Notes under the pieces: model-generated | Told to the model about the DNA's origin: nothing | Seen by the model: only the letters and a program-made list of their open reading frames with translations | Databases searched by the model: none | Translations under genes and position numbers: made by a program | Shown here: piece by piece, positions 46,619-55,493 of the stretch | How positions within the stretch are numbered: the first letter of the stretch is position 1 | Layout of the letters: each line of letters opens with the position of its first letter | IMG/VR virus record: IMGVR_UViG_3300045988_107814 | Location: 1-64,000 of that record | Strand: one strand, 5' to 3' | Source: a virus | DNA length: 64,000 bases

Positions 46619-46893
46619 ATAACACAGATGTATATATTCAAGATAAATTCATTAGAACTAGACTTACTAATATAAGAAAGTCTAAAGGTTTAACACAAGA
46701 ACAACTAGCAAATAAAGCTGGTTTATCAGCAAGTACTATAAGTAATATAGAATCTGGTGAGAACTCTTATACATTAAGAAGTCTCATTAGATGTGCTGAA
46801 GCTCTTGGTTATGAAATAAATATAGATAAGAAAGTCGGTGATAATAATGATACCGAAACAGAGAATCAAGGAGTATCTACTTCAAGCCCTTGA
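46615..46893 (+). CDS. XRE-family helix-turn-helix protein
   Basis: IRKSKGLTQEQLANKAGLSASTISNIESGENSYTLRSLIRCAEALG is a canonical Cro/C1-type HTH. Confidence 0.8.
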   Translation: MNNTDVYIQDKFIRTRLTNIRKSKGLTQEQLANKAGLSASTISNIESGENSYTLRSLIRCAEALGYEINIDKKVGDNNDTETENQGVSTSSP

Positions 46894-47914
46894 TGGTGCA
46901 GCTACTGTATCTGGTGGTACAGAGATTGCAGCACCTTGTCCTGTATGTGGAGAAAGAAGAAGAAAGTTATATATTGGACCATTTGATGATTCCGATGATC
47001 CGATAAGATATAATTGTTTCATTTGTAAAGCTCATGGTTTTGTTGATGAACGCTTCTTAGATGCATGCAAAATTGATATTAATACTGATAGTGAAATTAT
47101 TAAATCTAATAGAGGTCCTGGATATGCTATGAGATTTATGAAGAGAGATAACAATGATTTTAACAGTGCTATCGATCATTCATATATCACTCCTGGACAA
47201 TTATCAGATTTTAAGCTTGATTATATCAATAAACGACTTGGATTACAATTATCCTATAAAGATTGTATAGATAATAAAATAGTCTTAAATATATTGGATA
47301 TCTATAAGAGTAATGTATTCTTAGATTATTTTACAAGGCCAGATCAAGCTATACAACAATTAAACTCATATTTTATTGGTTTTATGACTCGTAGTAGTTC
47401 AGAAATTAATATGAGAAATCTTGCATTTAATAAGCCAGATATTGTTAACAAATTCCATGAATCTATGAGATGTAAGTATATCAATTACAAAATATTTAGA
47501 AATGTATCTGTAGAGAATGACTTCTATGTATTACCTTGTAATATAGATCCATCTAGACCGGTTAATGTATATATTGCAGAAGGACCTATGGATGTACTTG
47601 GAATTAAATACAATCTTATTAAAAGTATAGATAATTGCTTGTATGTTGCTGGTAAAGGAAAAGCTTATGATAATGCAATATTGTGGTCTATAAAATCATT
47701 AGCCATGCCAGTATTAAACATTCACTTATTCCCAGATAGAGATGTGTCTAACAGTTATATTAGAGGATTGATTCTGAAATATAAAACTGTTTTTCCAAAT
47801 TATAGATTCTTTATACACAATAATCAATATGGTCATGAGAAAGATTATGGTGTACCAGAATGGAAGATATCTGATTTTATGTGGGAAGAAAAAATCAATA
47901 ATAATATTGTATAA
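46847..47914 (+). CDS. DNA primase (Zn-finger + TOPRIM)
   Basis: CPVCGERRRKLYIG...YNCFICKAHGF is a 4-Cys primase-type Zn finger. VYIAEGPMDVLG is the TOPRIM E-G-x-x-D. Start taken as ATG 46847 (GGTGAT upstream), overlapping the HTH gene by 47 nt. Confidence 0.6.
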   Translation: MIPKQRIKEYLLQALDGAATVSGGTEIAAPCPVCGERRRKLYIGPFDDSDDPIRYNCFICKAHGFVDERFLDACKIDINTDSEIIKSNRGPGYAMRFMKRDNNDFNSAIDHSYITPGQLSDFKLDYINKRLGLQLSYKDCIDNKIVLNILDIYKSNVFLDYFTRPDQAIQQLNSYFIGFMTRSSSEINMRNLAFNKPDIVNKFHESMRCKYINYKIFRNVSVENDFYVLPCNIDPSRPVNVYIAEGPMDVLGIKYNLIKSIDNCLYVAGKGKAYDNAILWSIKSLAMPVLNIHLFPDRDVSNSYIRGLILKYKTVFPNYRFFIHNNQYGHEKDYGVPEWKISDFMWEEKINNNIV

Positions 47915-47920
47915 TAATTT

Positions 47921-47943
47921 GGGTAGAGAGTTTCTCTCTACCC
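47921..47943 (+). terminator. intrinsic terminator after primase
   Basis: GGGTAGAGA-(5 nt)-TCTCTACCC followed by ATTTATTTTTT. Confidence 0.8.
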
Positions 47944-47974
47944 ATTTATTTTTTGCTTTAGTACCTCTAAGCTC

Positions 47975-47986
47975 AACATTTCAATA
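47975..47986 (+). promoter_or_regulatory. AACA-N6-TA promoter-like motif
   Basis: AACATTTCAATA(AT), after the terminator at 47921..47943 and 20 nt before ATG 48006. Confidence 0.55.
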
Positions 47987-48005
47987 ATGCAAAGGAGGTA
48001 TAGAT

Positions 48006-49196
48006 ATGGGTAAGTTTATTAATAAATCATATACTAATACTATTGATTCTCTAACCAGTGGTATGATTCAAAAAGTAAAATCTGCCAATTATGTATTTAA
48101 CAACAAACCTCCTGTTTTATGTGACTGGTATAACATTGATAAAGATGCTACCACATTAGATGAAGGAAGTGGATTAGAATATTCAAGTGTCGGTAAGTCT
48201 AGTCCTATAAGATATAAATGTATTAAAGATGCTGTATTCTATTCTCAAGGTATTCAAATTGAAATTAATCTTGAATATGATGAGGATGGTTTGTCCACAG
48301 CACCTCCATCTATAAGTGGTATAGTTTTACCTAATACTTGGATTCCATATCCAGGTGATCATTTTATAATAAAACAGGCTGGCAAAGATTACTTATATAG
48401 AGTAAATAATGTAAGTTATGATACTATAGATAATGATAATAACGTATATAGTTTTGAGGCTGCTGTAGATCAGACTGGTAAAAATAATATAGAAAACCAA
48501 GTTACTGAATACTATAGAATGATAATCAATAATGTGGGCACTTCTTTTAATTCTATTATCAAAGAATCTATATATGATTGTATAGATACATTAGATGGAA
48601 TATTAGTTCAGTTAAAGAATAACTATATTGCTTTATTCTATAATGATGCTGTTCAAACATTTACTTATAATGGTATGTACGGTAATCTTTATGATCCTTA
48701 TATGATTGAGTTTATGACGAGAAATGAAATCCTAAATGGTTCTGATGAGTATATCTATTTACATCACGAAGTACCAGTACCAAGAACATTTTCTATAGAT
48801 TATAATAGTACTTTATTTAGAGCATTAGAAACTAGGTCTATTGAAAATTTCTCTTCTAAAATCTGTACCGCTGATGTTATAGATAATCAATACTCTTTAT
48901 TCAACACAGTAGTTGAGAATTACTTTATGATCAAATATAACGATAACGGAATATACAAGTTTAGTCCAATTAATGCTGAACTAATTGCTAAGGTAAAATC
49001 TAACCAAGAGTTTGATCAATATAGTCCAAATTCATATATGAATATAATTATAAAATATATGAACAAGTCTAAAATAGATTCTTCTATAATTCCATTCTTA
49101 GAAGCAATCGATTTCAAATCTACTGTAGATTTATTCTATTGTATTCCTATGATTATTTTTTGCTTAGAGAATAGTATCAAAAATTTGATGAGTTAA
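48006..49196 (+). CDS. hypothetical protein, likely virion/late protein
   Basis: 396-aa ORF with an AAAGGAGG SD and AACATTTCAATA 20 nt upstream. Confidence 0.7.
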   Translation: MGKFINKSYTNTIDSLTSGMIQKVKSANYVFNNKPPVLCDWYNIDKDATTLDEGSGLEYSSVGKSSPIRYKCIKDAVFYSQGIQIEINLEYDEDGLSTAPPSISGIVLPNTWIPYPGDHFIIKQAGKDYLYRVNNVSYDTIDNDNNVYSFEAAVDQTGKNNIENQVTEYYRMIINNVGTSFNSIIKESIYDCIDTLDGILVQLKNNYIALFYNDAVQTFTYNGMYGNLYDPYMIEFMTRNEILNGSDEYIYLHHEVPVPRTFSIDYNSTLFRALETRSIENFSSKICTADVIDNQYSLFNTVVENYFMIKYNDNGIYKFSPINAELIAKVKSNQEFDQYSPNSYMNIIIKYMNKSKIDSSIIPFLEAIDFKSTVDLFYCIPMIIFCLENSIKNLMS

Positions 49197-49206
49197 CATA
49201 CCAATA
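49195..49206 (+). promoter_or_regulatory. AACA-N6-TA promoter-like motif
   Basis: AACATACCAATA overlaps the stop of the upstream gene. Confidence 0.35.
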
Positions 49207-49232
49207 AAACCTAGTAAAGGAGGATTAATTAT

Positions 49233-49727
49233 ATGTCTGAAAAACTTGAAAAAGTAGTAACTCCTGACGATATGATGGAAGAGTTTGTAACAGACATGGT
49301 AATTGCTGACGATGAACTATCTGATTCTATTTTTACTTGTGTTGATAACTTTATTGATGATCTCTGTATCAAAATGATGGATTCTGATAAGAGTGTTTTT
49401 GAATCTGATTCTGATGATGCTGATACACCTTTTTCATATATTCTTGATAAGGTTATGGATGAAGTTGATACAATTGAAAAAATTCAAGTAGATTCATATT
49501 GTGATTCATTAAAGAAGCAATTATCAGAAAAAGACGAAGATTCATATTCTAATCGTTTTGATCCTGATTATTGTGATGGAGAAGAATTTGACGATATTAC
49601 TCCAGAAGAATTTCAATTATATATTCCAAAGGTTAACGGAGATAATGATGAAGCAGAAGAAGACTCTGCTGAATATAGAAGATATGACTTCGATAATACT
49701 TTTGAAGATTCTAATTTCAATGCATAA
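49233..49727 (+). CDS. highly acidic protein
   Basis: 164 aa, roughly one third Asp/Glu; preceded by AACATACCAATA. Confidence 0.7.
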   Translation: MSEKLEKVVTPDDMMEEFVTDMVIADDELSDSIFTCVDNFIDDLCIKMMDSDKSVFESDSDDADTPFSYILDKVMDEVDTIEKIQVDSYCDSLKKQLSEKDEDSYSNRFDPDYCDGEEFDDITPEEFQLYIPKVNGDNDEAEEDSAEYRRYDFDNTFEDSNFNA

Positions 49728-49741
49728 GGGAGGTAGAATAT

Positions 49742-50125
49742 ATGTATGATATGTCCGTTGATGAGATTATTGCTGATGTAATGAATGCTGGCAGAGATCT
49801 TATTGTAGAAGATGCTGTTGATGAGTATCTACTAGCTGAAAAAGATATTTTGACAGAAGCTACAACTGCTGCTGATAAGATGGTAGACCTTTCTATCGAT
49901 GCTGGCTTTGATGATGAATCTCAATATCTTGAAGATGACGAAGAAATTAATGCTATGCTAGATGAAGATATTGTTGAAGATATCCCTGGCGAAGATGATA
50001 TTTTTCAAAATACAATTGATGAACTAAATGAAGATGAAGATATGATTGAGGATATTGAAGATATTCTTTGTCCTTATGATGATTTAGATGCATTGATTGA
50101 TGGTGAACAAGACTACGTAGAATAA
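49742..50125 (+). CDS. highly acidic protein
   Basis: 127 aa, about 40% Asp/Glu (…LEDDEEINAMLDEDIVEDIPGEDDIF…). Confidence 0.7.
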   Translation: MYDMSVDEIIADVMNAGRDLIVEDAVDEYLLAEKDILTEATTAADKMVDLSIDAGFDDESQYLEDDEEINAMLDEDIVEDIPGEDDIFQNTIDELNEDEDMIEDIEDILCPYDDLDALIDGEQDYVE

Positions 50126-50142
50126 TAAGGAGGATTTATAAA

Positions 50143-50580
50143 ATGAGTCTTACTAAATATATGTGTACGGTAGAAACAAAGAATTATCCAATCTCTACTA
50201 TTACTCCTGTAATTCAGAGATATGCTTCTGTTAAGAAGAAGTTTAGTGCTACAGAGATTGCTAATTGCTTATCTTGCTACGCTGTAGTAACTTTACATAA
50301 GCAAAATGGTGCTAATGTAAAATTAACTTCAACTAATTTCAAGGATGTACTTGTTACTTATAATAACGAGATTGCTGCTCAAGAGCTAAGAAGCAGTATG
50401 AAAAAAGAAAAGGAAAATAATGCTAAGGCTTTTGAAGAGATGAAAAAAGAAGAAGTTAAAGAAGAGAAAGTTGAAGAAACAGTAGAAGAACCTATTGTTG
50501 AAGAAGAGGTAGAACAATTACAAGCAGATCCAGAAGATCCTGATATTAAAGATTTTTCTTATATCGATAGTGAAGAATAA
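50143..50580 (+). CDS. hypothetical protein with E/K-rich C-terminus
   Basis: 145-aa ORF with an AAGGAGG SD, followed by a 15-bp-stem terminator. Confidence 0.7.
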   Translation: MSLTKYMCTVETKNYPISTITPVIQRYASVKKKFSATEIANCLSCYAVVTLHKQNGANVKLTSTNFKDVLVTYNNEIAAQELRSSMKKEKENNAKAFEEMKKEEVKEEKVEETVEEPIVEEEVEQLQADPEDPDIKDFSYIDSEE

Positions 50581-50583
50581 AAA

Positions 50584-50619
50584 ATAATCCGTAGGAACAT
50601 TCAAGTTCCTATGGATTAT
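50584..50619. terminator. bidirectional intrinsic terminator (15-bp stem)
   Basis: ATAATCCGTAGGAAC-(6 nt)-GTTCCTATGGATTAT, between the convergent gene 50143..50580 and the mini-ORF/beta-prime unit. Confidence 0.8.
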
Positions 50620-50651
50620 TTTCTCTTAAATCATATTTATTATTTTATTTC

Positions 50652-50690
50652 TCAATATGATCCAATTCCGCCGCCGAAGCCGTCGCCCAT
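50652..50690 (-). CDS. 12-codon mini-ORF MGDGFGGGIGSY (candidate micropeptide or leader peptide)
   Basis: AAGGAGG (50705..50699) lies 8 nt upstream of ATG 50690; TGA stop at 50654..50652. The coding run GGCGACGGCTTCGGCGGCGGA is strikingly GC-rich for this genome. It is flanked by hairpins at 50720..50738 and 50584..50619. Confidence 0.35.
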   Translation of the reverse strand: MGDGFGGGIGSY

Positions 50691-50719
50691 TATATATTCC
50701 TCCTTTCAATATATAATGA

Positions 50720-50738
50720 GATAGGATTATATCCTATC
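50720..50738. promoter_or_regulatory. inverted repeat (8-3-8): terminator of the beta-prime gene or operator of the mini-ORF
   Basis: GATAGGAT-TAT-ATCCTATC lies between the stop at 50758 and the SD at 50705. Confidence 0.35.
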
Positions 50739-50757
50739 ATTAATATTATATATAATT

Positions 50758-52560
50758 TTAGAATATTGGATTTACAAATTTAACAGAATCATCAGGTTGA
50801 ACAGTTAATTCATATAAACAGAGTATATTTTCTTTAGATACATCTCTTGTAGAATAACCGTTCATACCAAGTATTTGAATCTTTGCATCGGCTTGTTTCT
50901 CACATTCTTTATTTGCCTCTATTGTATACACAGGTTTTACAATTGCTGTATCACCATCATAATCCATTCCCATCGCTCCAATTAATCCATTACAAATAGA
51001 CAATGTATCTTCAAACACTGGAGATGTATTTGAATTGATATCCCTGTCAGTTATAATAGGGTACCATTTATATAGCTTATTGTTATCTTCAAAATCAGAT
51101 TGTATTACCATAGGTTGTGTTTTAACAGTAGATTTGATTCTTACTTTTGTAGGATACTGGTTTAAGAACGAGTCAATTGGGAAACGAGTAATTAGAACCA
51201 TCTTATCGGATGTAACATCACAAGCAGCCATATAGAACAAGTCACACCAAGTAAGAGGTCTATTGATCTTTAATTCTGAAGAATATTCTTTTTTCTTTTC
51301 ATCAAAATCTTTAGAATTATTTAACTTATATCCCATAAAGTACATATAAAAGCTTAACTCATTGATTTTAATATTTTTACCAGTAACTGTATCTTTTAAT
51401 TCACCATTCTTAGCACGTCTAGCAAATTCTTCTTTATCTACTGGTAATTCAATAGGAATAAATCTGTTTGAATAACCATGGATGAAACGTTCAATCTGAG
51501 CATCCAATTCTACATCAGAAAAAGCTATCTGATAATCTACAAGAGGAACCATTACTACTTCTTTATCATTAATAGAAATAGGATATTCTAGTTTACCTGC
51601 AAATCTATTCTCAAAGAATCGTCTTAACCAGAACATAATAAATGGTTTAAAACAACACAATGCCGCAGCCAATGGTAATGCAGCATGATTCATATCTACC
51701 ATTAAATCATCAATATCTTCACCAGATACATCTGGTGCAGACATAACTAATCTTGCAGAATAGTCTACTGTCTTATACATTACACCACGTTTAATAAGAC
51801 CCATTTTACCAGGTAAGTTTGCCGGTGTTTCTTGTCCATTAATCGTTGTACCATTACCAAACCAATCAAATATCTGTAATAAAATATTCTGAACTCTAGC
51901 TTTTGTTACATCACTTAAAGTTAGGCCAAATTCAGCAGTTTCTTTTAAAGACTTAGTAGCCATAATCAGACTACTATATAACTTATTAATTTCACCAACA
52001 CCGATACCATTATCTTTAGTATCTACGTCTCTATAATATGGTGGAATTACTATATACTTTGTTACCCATAATTGATTCTTGCACTTTTCAATAAAATCAA
52101 TTCTTCTGTTTCTAGAAGATGATTCATTCTTTTTAAACTTCAATTTACTAAAGTTTCTTTTAAGCCAATCAATACCAGTATTACCATCATCAGATTTAAC
52201 TAATTCACCACCATCATTAATAATAAAATATTCTGTACCGTTAACTACACTTTCAATTTTATTATTTAATTTACATAGTGTCTTATATACTAATGGATGA
52301 AAAAAAGAACTACCAAGATCTATATAAGCATATATACCAGATCTCTCAGCTTTAGTAATACCAAAAATTTCATTAGAAAGCAATCCATCTTCTGTAGGTG
52401 TAGGACCATTAAAAAATACAGGATTAGTAATTTCTTTCAATTGATTTACTCTAATAAATTTATCTACATCTAATAAAGAAGTTTTTAGGTGTTCTGTACT
52501 AGCTTCTGAAAAATAATCAGTTTCATTTTTAACAATATTTACAGCTTCATCTATAAGCAT
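50758..52560 (-). CDS. multisubunit RNA polymerase beta-prime-like subunit, N-terminal half (split beta-prime)
   Basis: GLLSNEIFG matches GGLF.E.IFGP near the N-terminus. The catalytic Mg loop GAMGMDYDGDTAIV (beta-prime NADFDGD) lies about 70 aa from the C-terminus. That placement is as expected for the N-terminal fragment of the split beta-prime of phiKZ/AR9-type phage RNAPs. Confidence 0.7.
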   Translation of the reverse strand: MLIDEAVNIVKNETDYFSEASTEHLKTSLLDVDKFIRVNQLKEITNPVFFNGPTPTEDGLLSNEIFGITKAERSGIYAYIDLGSSFFHPLVYKTLCKLNNKIESVVNGTEYFIINDGGELVKSDDGNTGIDWLKRNFSKLKFKKNESSSRNRRIDFIEKCKNQLWVTKYIVIPPYYRDVDTKDNGIGVGEINKLYSSLIMATKSLKETAEFGLTLSDVTKARVQNILLQIFDWFGNGTTINGQETPANLPGKMGLIKRGVMYKTVDYSARLVMSAPDVSGEDIDDLMVDMNHAALPLAAALCCFKPFIMFWLRRFFENRFAGKLEYPISINDKEVVMVPLVDYQIAFSDVELDAQIERFIHGYSNRFIPIELPVDKEEFARRAKNGELKDTVTGKNIKINELSFYMYFMGYKLNNSKDFDEKKKEYSSELKINRPLTWCDLFYMAACDVTSDKMVLITRFPIDSFLNQYPTKVRIKSTVKTQPMVIQSDFEDNNKLYKWYPIITDRDINSNTSPVFEDTLSICNGLIGAMGMDYDGDTAIVKPVYTIEANKECEKQADAKIQILGMNGYSTRDVSKENILCLYELTVQPDDSVKFVNPIF

Positions 52561-52585
52561 TATTTATACCTCCTCGTACATTAAT

Positions 52586-52597
52586 TATTAAATTGTT
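52586..52597 (-). promoter_or_regulatory. AACA-N6-TA promoter-like motif upstream of RNAP beta-prime gene
   Basis: Minus strand reads AACAATTTAATA(AT). Confidence 0.5.
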
Positions 52598-52650
52598 GAA
52601 GCTGTAAAAAGAGTCGTATGATTCTTTTTATATACATCTAAGTCTACTTT

Positions 52651-52662
52651 AACATTTAAATA
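52651..52662 (+). promoter_or_regulatory. AACA-N6-TA promoter-like motif
   Basis: AACATTTAAATA(AAAT), divergent from the motif at 52586..52597. Confidence 0.5.
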
Positions 52663-52687
52663 AAATACATTAATGGAGGAATTAATA

Positions 52688-53125
52688 ATGATGACTTGTA
52701 ATGAATGTATGAATGGAGCACCATATAAATTCTGTTGTAAACTAGAATGTGGAGAACATGAATTTTGCAGAAATTGTTCATATATATCAAATAATAAATA
52801 TTGTACATGTAAAACAGAACAAATGCTTCAATATAGCAAAGAGGAATTAAACAATAAACCCGCAGACTTTTATAATAATATTAAACCTTTACCACCAGTA
52901 GAAGATGGTAATTTAATACCAGTTGAAAAAGTAGTAGATGATATGTATAGCGATTCATCTATGTCTTCAAAGGCAAGAGAATATTATATCAATCATTATG
53001 CTACAGACCAAGAAAAAGAAGAATTAAGAATGCAAGAAAAAATGGAATTTCTATTTAGTGCTTGTTTCTTATCTATACCATTTATTGGTTTGATTGTGGT
53101 TTGCTTAGTAATAATTTTTTCATAA
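52688..53125 (+). CDS. Cys-rich, C-terminally membrane-anchored protein
   Basis: Start at ATG 52688 after GGAGG. MMTCNECMNGAPYKFCCKLECGEHEFCRNCSYISNNKYCTC. C-terminal TM segment FLFSACFLSIPFIGLIVVCLVIIF. Confidence 0.6.
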   Translation: MMTCNECMNGAPYKFCCKLECGEHEFCRNCSYISNNKYCTCKTEQMLQYSKEELNNKPADFYNNIKPLPPVEDGNLIPVEKVVDDMYSDSSMSSKAREYYINHYATDQEKEELRMQEKMEFLFSACFLSIPFIGLIVVCLVIIFS

Positions 53126-53137
53126 GGAGGTTATAAT

Positions 53138-53710
53138 ATGAAAAAGCCTATTTATTATTATACAGAACAACCTAGTTGTGGTGAATATCATGTTGGTCCA
53201 CCGTGTCCTCCTCCACCACCTTACCCATATCCACCTTGCCCACCTTGTCCTCCACCTAAGCCACCTGTACCACATTATCATGGTAAGGTAAGTGTAGTTG
53301 GTCGTACAGTACTTACAGTAAAATATGTTGATCATCATGGTCATTATCAAACATTTGATATTAGAGATGGTGAAACTTATGAAATCAAAGCAGTATCTTC
53401 TACTAGAGGAATCTGTACTTTTGCAGGCAGAATTGTTGACTTCGAATGTAATAAGGGTATTGAAAAGCTTATCGATAAGCCTCACGAAATTACGATTTCT
53501 GCTCTTATTGTAGATTATTCTGATGCTTATGAAAGTAAATTATTAAGACTATTTGTAAATAATATTATTTCTATTAAGCCTATTGTATGCTTTGATGGAA
53601 GAATGGATTATCCTACTCATGATTGTGACTGTCATGATAGAGATCCAAGACATTGCCCTCCACCTCCTCATCCACCAGAGCATATTTATGATCCGTTTGA
53701 AAATGTGTAA
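53138..53710 (+). CDS. Pro/Cys/His-rich protein (paralogous motif with 57498..58508)
   Basis: N-terminus GPPCPPPPPYPYPPCPPCPPPKPPVPHYHG; C-terminus HDCDCHDRDPRHCPPPPHPPEH. Confidence 0.7.
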   Translation: MKKPIYYYTEQPSCGEYHVGPPCPPPPPYPYPPCPPCPPPKPPVPHYHGKVSVVGRTVLTVKYVDHHGHYQTFDIRDGETYEIKAVSSTRGICTFAGRIVDFECNKGIEKLIDKPHEITISALIVDYSDAYESKLLRLFVNNIISIKPIVCFDGRMDYPTHDCDCHDRDPRHCPPPPHPPEHIYDPFENV

Positions 53711-53715
53711 GAACA

Positions 53716-53743
53716 ATGGTGAAGATTATATAATCTTCACCAT
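53716..53743 (+). terminator. intrinsic terminator
   Basis: ATGGTGAAGATTA-TA-TAATCTTCACCAT followed by TTATT. Confidence 0.65.
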
Positions 53744-53768
53744 TTATTAATATGAAAGGAGTTGTGTT

Positions 53769-54008
53769 ATGGAAATTTATGATCATATTAATATGAACTC
53801 TAATTCAATTAATAATGGAAAATTTGAATCAGTCAGTTCATTACCAACTTCTAATTTATTTAAAGGTAGACTAGTCTATAATTCTACTGATAATACTAAT
53901 TATTATTATAATGGTACTAAATGGGTATCTATTATAGATTCTGATGTATTAAATAGTGAACTTGGAGACATATCTACCATTTTAGCATCTGTTGTGGAGG
54001 TGACTTAA
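53769..54008 (+). CDS. tail-fibre N-terminal anchor-like protein (79 aa)
   Basis: GRLVYNSTDNTNYYYNGTKWVSI parallels GMFIYNTTEEKLKYFNGAEWVTL at the N-terminus of the fibre gene 56796..57476. Confidence 0.5.
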   Translation: MEIYDHINMNSNSINNGKFESVSSLPTSNLFKGRLVYNSTDNTNYYYNGTKWVSIIDSDVLNSELGDISTILASVVEVT

Positions 54009-54011
54009 TAT

Positions 54012-55481
54012 ATGCCTACTATAGCAGATCAATTAAAGGAATTGGTAAATCAAAAGAATACACTTGTAGATAATCTTAATTCTAAAGGTGTAACTGCTAC
54101 TAAAAATGAGAAATTAAATACTCTAGTTCCTAAAGTATTAGAGATCAGTGGTGGTAGTGGTATAGATACATCTGATGCTACCGCTACATCTAATGATATT
54201 ATTGATGGTAAAACTGCATATGTTAAAGGATTGAAAGTTACCGGTTCTATTCAATCTAAAGCTGCTGCAAATTATACCCCAACTCAAGAAGATCAGATAA
54301 TTTCTTCTGGACAATATTTAGCTGGTAATCAGACTATTAAAGGTGATTCTAATCTTGATACTAAAAATATCAAAGCTGGAGTAGTTTTGTTTAATAATAA
54401 AGGTACGTTTACATCTGATGCTACAGCCAAGGCTAGTGATATTATTGATGGTAAAACTGCATATGTAAATGGTAATCTAATAGAAGGATCTATCACATCT
54501 AAACCTGCTACTATATATACACCATCAACTAAGAATCAAATAATTAATGCTGGGCAATATCTTTCTGGTAATCAAACAATTGAAGGTGATGAGAATCTTA
54601 TTGCAGCAAATATTAAAAACGGTGTAAATATATTTGGTATTACAGGTACTCATGCTGGTGCATCTGAATTGACTGAAGCTACAGTAACGAATGAGGATAT
54701 TAAATCTGGTAAGATAGCATATGGTAATAATGGAGAAAAGATCATAGGTTCTATGTATACTGTAGATACTGAAACTATTATTACACCATCTATTAAAGAT
54801 CAAATTCTCAAAGCTGGATTCTATAATGGAATCACCGTTCAAGGTGATACTAATTTAGTTCCAGCAAATATCAAAAATGGAGTAAATATATTCGGAATCA
54901 CTGGTGTATATGAAGGCGGAAGTTCTACTACATCAGAACAAGTATTATTTGAATGTGATGCTACAGCTGAAGACACAGACATTGTCGAAGCTTATAGAGG
55001 TATAGTAAGAGTAAAGAACGATACTATATACAGTGATTTAACCACTTATGTATATGATTCCATATCTGCTGCTAAATATACAAATACAGGTAATAGTTTA
55101 TCCGGTATTTATTATAAAAACAGTGGGGATAATAACGGTATCTATTTTACCACACCTGTAAATATAATATCCAATGAAGTAATGGTTTATATACATGGAT
55201 ATGTATCTCCATGGATTAGTCCTTTATTAAATTTAAACTTTATTCAAGCTGATTCTGTTGATGATATTGAAACAAAAATTAATAACTCCGACTTTGTATA
55301 TATAAAACGAATTCAAATTTCTTCAGCCGCTAACTCTACGTATCAAAATATAAGTAAAGTTAAAATGTATTATGAGATGAACGGAATTAATGTTACCGGT
55401 GAACATTACTTGTATATCGGAATCCCAGCTACTGGTGGTAACGAAGCAGTAATAAATAAACTTATTATAATCAATAACTAA
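54012..55481 (+). CDS. tail fibre protein with three ~82-aa repeats
   Basis: The repeat DA(T)..(S/N)DI(I/K)(D/S)GK(T/I)AY(V/G)...G(S/N)...(Y/I)TPS..(D/N)QI(I/L)..G(Q/F)Y...(Q/I)T(I/V).GD.NL...NIK.GV.(I/L)FG(I)TG(T) occurs three times. This repeat type is common in fibres of Firmicutes phages. Confidence 0.65.
   Translation: MPTIADQLKELVNQKNTLVDNLNSKGVTATKNEKLNTLVPKVLEISGGSGIDTSDATATSNDIIDGKTAYVKGLKVTGSIQSKAAANYTPTQEDQIISSGQYLAGNQTIKGDSNLDTKNIKAGVVLFNNKGTFTSDATAKASDIIDGKTAYVNGNLIEGSITSKPATIYTPSTKNQIINAGQYLSGNQTIEGDENLIAANIKNGVNIFGITGTHAGASELTEATVTNEDIKSGKIAYGNNGEKIIGSMYTVDTETIITPSIKDQILKAGFYNGITVQGDTNLVPANIKNGVNIFGITGVYEGGSSTTSEQVLFECDATAEDTDIVEAYRGIVRVKNDTIYSDLTTYVYDSISAAKYTNTGNSLSGIYYKNSGDNNGIYFTTPVNIISNEVMVYIHGYVSPWISPLLNLNFIQADSVDDIETKINNSDFVYIKRIQISSAANSTYQNISKVKMYYEMNGINVTGEHYLYIGIPATGGNEAVINKLIIINN
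54168..54921 (+). repeat. three ~246-bp coding repeats in the fibre gene
   Basis: The protein repeats are about 82 aa. DNA stretches such as GATATTATTGATGGTAAAACTGCATATGT recur. Confidence 0.7.
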
Positions 55482-55493
55482 GGAGGTATTATT

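Noticed and set aside
46838-46893. Programmed frameshift fusing the HTH protein to the primase
   Set aside because: There is no heptanucleotide slippery sequence or downstream structure. An in-frame ATG with a GGTGAT SD-like element explains independent initiation.
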